43,571 nucleotides of DNA from Verrucomicrobiota bacterium (GTDB taxonomy: Bacteria; Verrucomicrobiota; Verrucomicrobiia; Verrucomicrobiales; Akkermansiaceae). The notes below the pieces were generated by a model. It ran no database searches, was not told the DNA's origin, and saw only the letters and a program-made list of their open reading frames with translations. The stretch is from assembly GCA_039804425.1 (NCBI GenBank), contig JBDLWB010000049.1, positions 1 through 43,571 on the forward strand, given 5' to 3'. Positions 24,132-32,558 of this stretch are shown in pieces (positions within the stretch are counted from its first letter, which is position 1; each line of letters begins with the position of its first letter). The position numbers and the translations under genes are program-made.

Positions 24132-27100
24132 ATGAGTTCTGCTATGATTGATCAAGATCGGAATCAGTCGCTACGCGATTCATTTCTCAATCCTCCGTCG
24201 ACTCATGGACCGATCCCGTTTTATTGGTGGGTAGGAGAACCCTTGCAACGCGAGCGAATTTCCTGGCAGTTGGATCAGCTCGCGGACAAAGGAGTGAAGC
24301 AGGCGGTGATTAGTTATCCGCACGATGAGAAAGGGCATACCGATCTTGGTGATCCTGCGTTATTTTCCCCTCAGTGGTGGGATTTATTCCGCTGGTTTCT
24401 CGGGCAATGCAAGCAGCGCGGCATGACGGTGGGGTTCCAGGATTACACCCTGGTGGAACCGATTTTGTTAGCGATCGGGCAAAGCACGCCGGATATGCAA
24501 GGTGGTCAGATGGATTGTCGATCGCAGAAGGTTGGTGCTGCTGAGGCGCTTCGACTCAGCATCGACCCCGGGTGTTCTGCTGTGGCTGCCTGGGCCTATC
24601 CCTTGGTCGATGAGGTTGCTCAGATCGACGGTGCGATTTCGCTACTCGAACAAATCGACGAAAGCGTTTTGACGTGGCAAGCGCCTGCGGGTGACTGGCT
24701 TGTAGCGCTGGTTTTCGTGCGTCCCAATGCTTTCGACCCCATGCACCCCGATGCGGGAAAACTGGCGATCGATCAACTTTATGCTCCCTTTGAGAGAGAA
24801 TGTCCTGGGGAAGTCGGCAAGACGCTCAATTTGTTCTTCCAAGACGAGCTCGGTTTTGGTTGTCGAATGCCCTTTTGGTCGAATCGTTTGATGGAGCGTT
24901 TTGTTGCTCAAAAAGGCTATGATCTGGCTCCTTTGTTGCCTGCATTGTGGCATGATGTGGGTGCAATCACCGAGAAAGTTCGCATCGATTATGCTGATGT
25001 TGTGGTGACGACGTTAGAGGAACGGTACTTTCGACCTGTTTTTGAGTGGCACGAGCAGCGAGGGGTCATGTTTGGTCATGATAACTCGGGGCGAGGGCGC
25101 ATGGCACAAGGTCGGTCATTTTATGGAGATTACTTCCGCACCATGCGGTGGTTTTCGGCACCTGGATGTGATGATCCGAAGCTGCATGGAGCGCGTGCGT
25201 TCAAAGGCTTGAAAGTGAATAGTTCGATTGCGCATTTGTATCAGCGTCCTCGGGTATGGATCGAGGCCTTTCACTCCAGTGGTTGGGGGACCCAGCCGGC
25301 GGATGTGATGGCGGCATTGAATGAAGACTTCGCGTATGGTGCGACCGTTGTGAATCTTCATGGGCTTTACTATTCGACTCGTGCAGGTTGGTGGGAGTGG
25401 GCTCCTCCTGACTTCCATTTCCGTCAGCCGTATTGGCAGCATGCCAAGGTCTGGAATCAGGCGTTGACTCGATTGAGTTGGATTCTATCGCAAGGAGTGC
25501 ATCGTTGTGATGTTGGCATCGTGTATCCCATCGAAGCTCTGGATGTGGAAGCCGTTGATCCGTCGATGTCGGGCGTGGTGGCTCATGTCGAAAACGAGAA
25601 TGTTGGTGCGGATCAGCAAGATCCTAGGGGGGCTGAAGAAACGGCATTCGTGATCGGCAAGCACCTATTCGATCATGCTTGTGATTTTGATTTTGTGGAC
25701 TTTGAATCCATCGCTTCAGCGCAAGTAAAAGATGGCATCATGTTCGCGAGAAATGCGCAATACCGGGTGTTGGTGATCCCCGCGATGCGCGCTTTGCGTT
25801 ATGCTTCTTTGTTGAAAGCACGAGATTTTGTTAGAGAAGGTGGTCTAGTGATTGCCTTTGGTTGCTTGCCAAAAGCAAGCGAACGCGCGGGTCGTGACGA
25901 TGCTGAGTTGGATGCGTTGTTGCTGGAAATTTTCGGTTCCCGGGAGGATCGTGAGGATTTACTCAAACGGCATCCCTCTGGCGGCATGGGAGTGTTTTTG
26001 GCGAGTGATTTTAGACGTGTATTGAGTCAAGTCTCGCAGGTGATCGATCGCGCGGTTACTTCATCCAAACCGCTACAAGTTTTGCATCGAGAAATGGGTG
26101 AGAGCGATGTCTATTTCATCAACAACGCATCCGACGATGTCGTGACAAGCCAGTTGCGTTTTCGGTCGCAGGGTCGATGTGAGATTTGGGATGCGATGAG
26201 TGGTGGCATGGAACCCTTAGATTTCGTCGACGAGTTGTCGTTAACTCTTGCGGCACGCCAAGCCCATTTGTTGGTGATTCAACGCGGGGAAACATCAAAT
26301 CCACTGCAGCAAATTGACCAGAGCGTGCAGCAGCGCGAAACCATCATTCCCCTTGAGGGGGCGTGGGACTCATTGTTAGAGCCGACGCTCGACAATCGAT
26401 ATGCCGACTTTTCCTTGCCTGCCTCATCGGAGTTGTTAGGGGCACAAACGCGTCGATTCCGATATTGTGAGGAGCACGAAGAGAGTCATGGATGGCAAGC
26501 GGTTGACTTTGATGATGCCGCTTGGTCACAAACGAGTTATTCCTACGGTCCTCAAATGGAGGTGATAGGCCCCTTTGCGCCAGAGAGTGACGAGGCGAAG
26601 CGCGAGCAGCTTGTGATAGGGAAATCCGACAAAGAGTGGCATGAATATCATTTTTCCCGACGTTGGGGCATAGAAAACGATCCCTTTCTCACCGACTGGC
26701 TGAGTGGGCCTCATGGACTGAAGGGTGTTGTGCCAGACGATTATTTGGATTTTTACACGGAGGTCCCTGGCAGTGTTTGGTATGTCCGAGCAAAAGTTGT
26801 CGCACCTATGGCTGGTGAATACCAGCTCGTGACAGGTGCGCGCTGTCGTTATCAAGTATGGATCAACGGAGCGTCTGTGTTAGAGCAGACAGAGGAATCA
26901 GGGCCTGGACGCCATGCACCTTGGAACATTCCCCACTACGAATGTGAGCATCGTGAGACTCGCGTTTCACTGGTCGATGGCGAGAATGACATTTTGCTCC
27001 AATTGGTTCAGCCCGTTGGTCAGAGAACTCGCGCTTTCTTGGCTTTCAATCCGCCGCAACATGATCGTAGTCGACTGGCGTTGCGATGGTTTACGGATTC

Positions 27101-27761
27101 GTCGTTACCACGACCCTGCTATCTCGCACCTGCATCGCGCCGTGCCATTCGTTTTCGATTTGTTGCGCCTTCAGGGGCCAAAGAAATTTCCTTTGTTTCG
27201 CGTGGTCCGTGTCGTGCATGGGTGGATGGCCTAGAGATCCCGCTGCAAGTCATCGAAAAGATCGATGGAAATGGCATTCGCTACCGCGGCGTGCTGGAGT
27301 CGGCTTCTCTGCAAAATGCCATCGTAGCATTGCGAGTCGAAGCACCGCGTGATTCGCATGCGGGGGATGCATTGCCAGAGCCTGTGACATATGTTTGTGT
27401 TGCTGGTCAAATGGAGTGCGGTGATTGGTGTGCGCAAGGGCTCGCGAGCTATTCGGGCATGGTTCACTATTCGCGACGCCTGACTGTCGTTGAGCCCTTT
27501 AAGCGTGCAACGCTTGACCTTGGTCACGTTGCGGCAACGGCAGAGGTTCAGGTCAATGGTTGTGTGGTGGCGACTCTGCTATCACCGCCATGGACCTGTG
27601 ATCTGAGTTCTCATCTCCACGTAGGAGAAAACGAATTGACGGTTACTGTCGCGAATACGCTTGCGAATCACTACAGTGTTGGTATTCCTTCACCCTACGC
27701 ATTCACTCATCAAACTCCCTCAGGCTTAATCGGTCCTGTGCAATTGATCCTTCACTCCTAA
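24132..27761 (+). CDS. Large cytoplasmic GH106-like glycoside hydrolase (alpha-L-rhamnosidase-like) with C-terminal galactose-binding-like domains
   Basis: N-terminal FLNPPSTHGPIPFYWWVGEPLQRERISWQLDQLADKGVKQAVISY mirrors the GH106 opening block (F.NPP...P..fWfW.g......i..dl..m...G). The C-terminal LDLGHVAATAEVQVNGCVVATLLSPPWTCDLSSHLHVGENELTVTVANTLAN is the usual terminal sugar-binding sandwich. No signal peptide from ATG 24132. The track uses TTG 24075. Confidence 0.6.
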   Translation: MSSAMIDQDRNQSLRDSFLNPPSTHGPIPFYWWVGEPLQRERISWQLDQLADKGVKQAVISYPHDEKGHTDLGDPALFSPQWWDLFRWFLGQCKQRGMTVGFQDYTLVEPILLAIGQSTPDMQGGQMDCRSQKVGAAEALRLSIDPGCSAVAAWAYPLVDEVAQIDGAISLLEQIDESVLTWQAPAGDWLVALVFVRPNAFDPMHPDAGKLAIDQLYAPFERECPGEVGKTLNLFFQDELGFGCRMPFWSNRLMERFVAQKGYDLAPLLPALWHDVGAITEKVRIDYADVVVTTLEERYFRPVFEWHEQRGVMFGHDNSGRGRMAQGRSFYGDYFRTMRWFSAPGCDDPKLHGARAFKGLKVNSSIAHLYQRPRVWIEAFHSSGWGTQPADVMAALNEDFAYGATVVNLHGLYYSTRAGWWEWAPPDFHFRQPYWQHAKVWNQALTRLSWILSQGVHRCDVGIVYPIEALDVEAVDPSMSGVVAHVENENVGADQQDPRGAEETAFVIGKHLFDHACDFDFVDFESIASAQVKDGIMFARNAQYRVLVIPAMRALRYASLLKARDFVREGGLVIAFGCLPKASERAGRDDAELDALLLEIFGSREDREDLLKRHPSGGMGVFLASDFRRVLSQVSQVIDRAVTSSKPLQVLHREMGESDVYFINNASDDVVTSQLRFRSQGRCEIWDAMSGGMEPLDFVDELSLTLAARQAHLLVIQRGETSNPLQQIDQSVQQRETIIPLEGAWDSLLEPTLDNRYADFSLPASSELLGAQTRRFRYCEEHEESHGWQAVDFDDAAWSQTSYSYGPQMEVIGPFAPESDEAKREQLVIGKSDKEWHEYHFSRRWGIENDPFLTDWLSGPHGLKGVVPDDYLDFYTEVPGSVWYVRAKVVAPMAGEYQLVTGARCRYQVWINGASVLEQTEESGPGRHAPWNIPHYECEHRETRVSLVDGENDILLQLVQPVGQRTRAFLAFNPPQHDRSRLALRWFTDSSLPRPCYLAPASRRAIRFRFVAPSGAKEISFVSRGPCRAWVDGLEIPLQVIEKIDGNGIRYRGVLESASLQNAIVALRVEAPRDSHAGDALPEPVTYVCVAGQMECGDWCAQGLASYSGMVHYSRRLTVVEPFKRATLDLGHVAATAEVQVNGCVVATLLSPPWTCDLSSHLHVGENELTVTVANTLANHYSVGIPSPYAFTHQTPSGLIGPVQLILHS

Positions 27762-27847
27762 CCATTTCCATCTGAGCATTCATGGGATTCGTCATTTTTT
27801 GATCGGATGCCTTGATTGCGAAAAAACTCCACCACAATCCCAATTCT

Positions 27848-29293
27848 ATGACATCAAAAAACAAAACTTGCGGCACTGGAAGTATGTTCACCTACTCGTT
27901 AGGTGAATGTGCGAACTCTCTGGTGATGAATGGAATTTTTGGCTTTGCCATGCTATTCTATACCAAATCACTCGGGTTGAATCCTTCATGGGCAGGTTTC
28001 GCCATGTCGCTCTCGGTGTTTTGGGAGGCCATTACGGAACCAGTGATGGGGCATATTAGCGACAACACTCGCAGCAAGTGGGGGCGTCGTCATCCTTACA
28101 TGCTTTTTGGAGGATTGTTGATGGCCCTTTGCTCTTATTTGATCTGGACTGTGCCGGGATTTTGCCGAGGCAGTCAGATGTCGATTTTTTGGTATCTGGT
28201 TACGATGAATCTCTTGCTGCGCACTGGATTAACGATGTTTTTCATCCCTTACATGGCGCTTGGATTTGAAATGTGTACCGACTATGAAGGTCGCTCGCGT
28301 CTTCAAGGCATTCGTCAAATTCTCAATATGGCAGCAAACTTTGCCGGTCCAGCGATGGCTTGGGTGATTTTCTTTGGGGGCGAGGGCAATCATCAAGCAA
28401 CGACTGTTGAAGAAAACTATCATCACATGGGTGCTGCATTCGCGATAGCAACAGCCGTTTTTGTGTTGCTTGTCGTGTTTTTGACTCTTCGCTGGCGTGA
28501 AGATACCCGTCATGCTACCATCACCAGTGAGCATGGGTGGTTTCAGCAATTTTTCATCGAAATGAAACAGATCCTTGCAGATCCCAATCCGCGATGGGTG
28601 TTTGTGTTTATCTTCATTGTTTGTTGCGGCATGGTCATCGTCGGTTCCTTGCAAATGTTTGTGTATGATGACTTCATGAAATTTCCCGCTTGGCAGAAGT
28701 CGATGGCTCACGGTGGCACGATGGTCGGGATGGCCTTGGGCGCAGCGTTGTCAGTGGGACTTTCAAAGAAATTTGACAAAAAGGGTGCGGTTCTCATTGG
28801 TGGCGTCATTAGCATCTCTTGCAATGTGATGTTGGGTGTTTTATTCCTGACCGGATGGTTGAAGCCTGATGCGACGACGTTGTTGGGTGGAACCAAGGTG
28901 CCGATTGCATTCATCTTGTTCGTTCTGTTTCATGCGACCTATTGGTTAGGCAACGGCATCATGCTGCCAGTTTCAACCGCGATGATGGCGGATGTGAGCG
29001 AGGTGCGTCGACTGGAGACGGGCGAGGTTCGCGATGGTGGTTATTCATCGGTCTTTAGTTTGGCCATGCGCATGGCCATTTCATTCAGTCTTGTGGTGTC
29101 GGGTTGGTGCTTGAGTGGGATTGGTTATCAAGTGCCGGCCCCGGATGCTGGACAAACACCTCAGGCGATTTGGAACCTTGGCATGATTACCTTTATCATT
29201 GGCGCGTTGATTTGCTTCTTGTCCTTGCTTGCCATTCGCCGTTATCCCATTACGCGTGTGGTATTAGAGAAAATGCGCGATCGTGCGAAGTAG
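27848..29293 (+). CDS. GPH-family (glycoside-pentoside-hexuronide):cation symporter / MFS transporter
   Basis: About 12 TM helices. GPH motif GHISDNTRSKWGRRHPYM after TM2. Start ATG 27848 (alternatives TTG 27812, ATG 27884). Confidence 0.8.
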   Translation: MTSKNKTCGTGSMFTYSLGECANSLVMNGIFGFAMLFYTKSLGLNPSWAGFAMSLSVFWEAITEPVMGHISDNTRSKWGRRHPYMLFGGLLMALCSYLIWTVPGFCRGSQMSIFWYLVTMNLLLRTGLTMFFIPYMALGFEMCTDYEGRSRLQGIRQILNMAANFAGPAMAWVIFFGGEGNHQATTVEENYHHMGAAFAIATAVFVLLVVFLTLRWREDTRHATITSEHGWFQQFFIEMKQILADPNPRWVFVFIFIVCCGMVIVGSLQMFVYDDFMKFPAWQKSMAHGGTMVGMALGAALSVGLSKKFDKKGAVLIGGVISISCNVMLGVLFLTGWLKPDATTLLGGTKVPIAFILFVLFHATYWLGNGIMLPVSTAMMADVSEVRRLETGEVRDGGYSSVFSLAMRMAISFSLVVSGWCLSGIGYQVPAPDAGQTPQAIWNLGMITFIIGALICFLSLLAIRRYPITRVVLEKMRDRAK

Positions 29294-29366
29294 AAGGCAG
29301 GTTTTTCTGCGATCGATGCCGAGAATGTTCCTTGCTCTGAGGTGAGTCAGGAGCTTGAATGCACCA

Positions 29367-30170
29367 ATGCAAAAGCTGCTTTTTGTTTGGGTGTTGATGT
29401 GGGTGCTTCCGCTCCATGCTGTGGAGTGGAAGATGCACAAAAGTTCCATCTATCCTGGGACCGTTCGGCAATATGGGGTGCACCTCACACCGGGGAATGA
29501 TCCCCAAAAGCCTGCTGCTTTGATGGTGTTTCAGGATGGGCATGCGTATGTGAAGGGTGACTTCAAAGCGCCGCAAGTCATGGATCGCTTGGTAGAACAG
29601 AAAAAGATTCCTCCCATGGTGCTAGTGTTTGTCAATCCCGGCATCTTTGCGGATGAGTTGACGAGCGAACCGGGATGGAATTTACCCAAAGATCGAAAAA
29701 GCAATCGTTCGGTGGAGTATGATACGCTCTCCGCGCAGTATGTGACGATGTTAGAAAAAGAAATTCTGCCCTTGGTCGAGAAAAGCCAAATGTTGAGCAA
29801 AGATCCGCAACAACGTGCGATTTGTGGCATTTCTTCGGGGGGCATCTGTGCCTTTACGGCAGCGTGGGAGCGTCCGGATTTGTTTGGCAAAGTCATGAGC
29901 CACGTGGGAAGCTTTACCAACATTCGTGGTGGGCATGTGTATCCTGCTTTGATCCGCCAAGCGAGCAAACGTCCGCTACGAGTGTTTTTGCAGGATGGCA
30001 GCAACGATCTCGACAATCAGTATGGCAATTGGTTTCTCGCCAATCAACAAATGGCTGCGGCGTTGAAATTTCGACAGTATGATTTTCGCTTTGTCACCGA
30101 TGATACGGGGCACGGAGGCAAGGGTGGGGGAAAGATCTTTGCGGAGAGCATCGAGTGGTTGTGGCGTTGA
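29367..30170 (+). CDS. Secreted esterase (esterase D / enterochelin-esterase-like alpha/beta hydrolase, CE1-like)
   Basis: Signal peptide MQKLLFVWVLMWVLPLHA. Nucleophile elbow GISSGG within RAICGISSGGICAF. NRSVEYD...ILPLV blocks are typical of the 'putative esterase' family. Possible His in the terminal TDDTGHGG. Confidence 0.75.
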   Translation: MQKLLFVWVLMWVLPLHAVEWKMHKSSIYPGTVRQYGVHLTPGNDPQKPAALMVFQDGHAYVKGDFKAPQVMDRLVEQKKIPPMVLVFVNPGIFADELTSEPGWNLPKDRKSNRSVEYDTLSAQYVTMLEKEILPLVEKSQMLSKDPQQRAICGISSGGICAFTAAWERPDLFGKVMSHVGSFTNIRGGHVYPALIRQASKRPLRVFLQDGSNDLDNQYGNWFLANQQMAAALKFRQYDFRFVTDDTGHGGKGGGKIFAESIEWLWR

Positions 30171-30213
30171 ATTCTGACTTGTCCGCTGCGATGCTTTGCT
30201 GCATCTTTGGGAT

Positions 30214-31182
30214 ATGGCCACACCACATAAGATTCGTACCGTCAACGCCATCACCGTGGGGGACTTTTTTGAGCGTCACAAGTCGTCTTTGGGGCTCGAG
30301 TTGCTCAGCGAAAAGCATGATCTCAAGCGCTTGATTCGCGAGCCAGCAGTGAATCGTCCGGGCTTAGCTCTTGCGGGATTTTTGACGTATTTTGCCCGTA
30401 AGCGCATTCAAATTTTAGGGAATTCGGAAATTTCCTATCTTGAAAAACTCACCCCGATGCGACAGATGGCGCGTTTTCGTCGACTGTGCAAAGAGGGAAT
30501 TCCTTGCTTGGTGATATCGCGCAGTCGAACCTTGCCACAGCATTTGATCGATCTCGCGGCGGAGTTCGAGCTCCCCATTTTTGGCACGACGCAGGTAACG
30601 ATGAAGTTTCTTAACGCTGCCACCTTGCGCCTAGAAAATGATTTTTCGCCCAGCACGACATTGCACGGGTGCATGGTTGACGTGCGCGGCATTGGCGTGT
30701 TGATCATGGGTAAGAGTGGCGTAGGAAAATCGGAAACGGCGATTGGTTTGATTGAGAAAGGTGCATCGTTGGTGGCGGACGATATGGTGCGAGTCAAATT
30801 TTCTGGTGGTGAGTTGATCGCATATTCGCCTGATCTGTCACGTGGTTATATTGAAATGCGCGGCATTGGCATCGTCAACGTTGCGAACCTTTATGGTCTT
30901 GCTGCCATTCGACCAGAAAAACGTTTGGATTTGATTGTTACCTTAAAGTCGCATGCGGATCTCAACAATGTTGATCGTGTGGGGATTCAGACCAATACCA
31001 TCGATGTCTTGGGGGAGGCCATTCCTCATGTGGAAATTCCTGTAGCACCGGGACGCGAAAATGCCCGGATGATTACCATCGCTGCTTTGGATCAGCAGTT
31101 GCGACGATTGGGATACAACATGGCTGATGAGTTCAATCAGCGATTGCTCAAGCACATGAGCGAAGGAGGTAGTGCTTCTTAA
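30214..31182 (+). CDS. hprK: HPr kinase/phosphorylase
   Basis: Walker A GKSGVGKSETA, followed by LVADD and the signature EMRGIGIVNV. About 320 aa. ATG at 30214. Confidence 0.9.
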   Translation: MATPHKIRTVNAITVGDFFERHKSSLGLELLSEKHDLKRLIREPAVNRPGLALAGFLTYFARKRIQILGNSEISYLEKLTPMRQMARFRRLCKEGIPCLVISRSRTLPQHLIDLAAEFELPIFGTTQVTMKFLNAATLRLENDFSPSTTLHGCMVDVRGIGVLIMGKSGVGKSETAIGLIEKGASLVADDMVRVKFSGGELIAYSPDLSRGYIEMRGIGIVNVANLYGLAAIRPEKRLDLIVTLKSHADLNNVDRVGIQTNTIDVLGEAIPHVEIPVAPGRENARMITIAALDQQLRRLGYNMADEFNQRLLKHMSEGGSAS

Positions 31183-31188
31183 GTCGGC

Positions 31189-32517
31189 TTATTGCGGTGT
31201 GATCGGCCAGTTTTTTTGAAAATAGGCGAGTGCCTGATCGCGATGGAGCAAGCGTCCTTCGAGTTGCTCGGTTTGGATCGTTTCCAAAATTTCTGCAAAC
31301 TTTGGTCCTGGCTTCATGCCTGCGGCAATGAGGTCTCGACCCGTGATGAGCGGTTGAGGAATCAGTGGTTCATGAGCGAACTCTTGCTGCTTATTGAGCA
31401 GATATGTCCAGTTGTCGGTAAAGCCATTGCTTGACGCGCAATCGACGCGATGCAGTTCCATTTCATCGGCAAAACGCGGAGAAGACATGAAGCGTTTGAG
31501 TTTTGCCGTGCGCATTTGCTGCACATTCATGAATTGCATGTGCCGTGCCACCATGGGAACGACGGCATCGATGATTTCATTGGAAAAGCGCAAACGACGC
31601 ATCATGTCTTCGGCCATTTGCGCTCCTACCGCATCATGCGTATTGAAACGAATGCGTCCGTTTGCAGCGGCATCAATGGTCCTTGTGGGGGGTTTACCGA
31701 TATCATGAAGCAGCACGGCAAGGGCGAGTTCCAGTGAGGCATCGGCAGGTAGCATTTCGAGCATGATGCGAGTATGGGTAAAAACATCACCTTCAGGATG
31801 CCATTCTGGTGGTTGTTCACAGCCGATTAGATCCATCACTTCTGGCCAGAAGGCTGCGAAAAGTTGCGTTTCTGCCATCATCGCAAATGCGCGTGCACGC
31901 GATGGATGAAGAAGCATGCGGCACAATTCTTCGCGGATGCGTTCTGGTGAAATGCTGGCTAGCAGCGGTGCGCACTCGGCGATGGATTGGAGGGTGGTTG
32001 CTTCGACCGTGAATCCGAGGTTGCAAGCAAAGCGAATCCCTCGCATCAGGCGCAAATGATCCTCACGGAACCGTTGATAGGGGTCGCCAATCGCACGGAT
32101 GATCCCTGCTTCCAGATCCTTTCGTCCGCCGACTTCGTCGATGATTTCTTTAGTGAAGGGATTTTCAAAGAGTCCATTGACGGTAAAATCGCGGCGCTGG
32201 GCATCGGCCTCAGGAGTTGCAAAAACAACATGTTCTGGACGTCGCCCGTCTTGGTAGCTGCCATCGGTGCGAAACGTTGCCACTTCGATCCAATGCGAAC
32301 CCATGCGAACCAAGATGACACCAAAGTGAGCGCCAATTTCATTGCCCTTCGGAAATTGCTGCAGCACTTGCTCGGGTGTGGCGTTGGTGGCGATATCGTA
32401 ATCCTTCGGCTCACGTCCCAGCAATCGATCGCGCACGCATCCACCTGCGAGATACGCGATGTATCCCGCATCGGCGAGGCGTTGAGCGACCTCTTTGGCA
32501 GCGTGCGCGGCAGTCAT
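31189..32517 (-). CDS. cca: CCA-adding tRNA nucleotidyltransferase / poly(A) polymerase family protein with HD domain
   Basis: Head domain YLAGGCVRDRLLGREPKDYDIAT, RRDFTVNGL, and HD domain LAVLLHDIGKP. Confidence 0.8.
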   Translation of the reverse strand: MTAAHAAKEVAQRLADAGYIAYLAGGCVRDRLLGREPKDYDIATNATPEQVLQQFPKGNEIGAHFGVILVRMGSHWIEVATFRTDGSYQDGRRPEHVVFATPEADAQRRDFTVNGLFENPFTKEIIDEVGGRKDLEAGIIRAIGDPYQRFREDHLRLMRGIRFACNLGFTVEATTLQSIAECAPLLASISPERIREELCRMLLHPSRARAFAMMAETQLFAAFWPEVMDLIGCEQPPEWHPEGDVFTHTRIMLEMLPADASLELALAVLLHDIGKPPTRTIDAAANGRIRFNTHDAVGAQMAEDMMRRLRFSNEIIDAVVPMVARHMQFMNVQQMRTAKLKRFMSSPRFADEMELHRVDCASSNGFTDNWTYLLNKQQEFAHEPLIPQPLITGRDLIAAGMKPGPKFAEILETIQTEQLEGRLLHRDQALAYFQKNWPITPQ

Positions 32518-32532
32518 AGTCCATCTTTAGCA

Positions 32533-32546
32533 TTCTCCGCGGAGAA
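32533..32546. promoter_or_regulatory. 14-bp perfect palindrome ttctccgcggagaa between the SLC13 stop and the cca start
   Basis: Read directly. It lies in the 41-nt gap between two same-strand genes. No T-run follows on the minus strand, so it is not a canonical terminator. Confidence 0.2.
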
Positions 32547-32558
32547 GTGCGAATTTTG

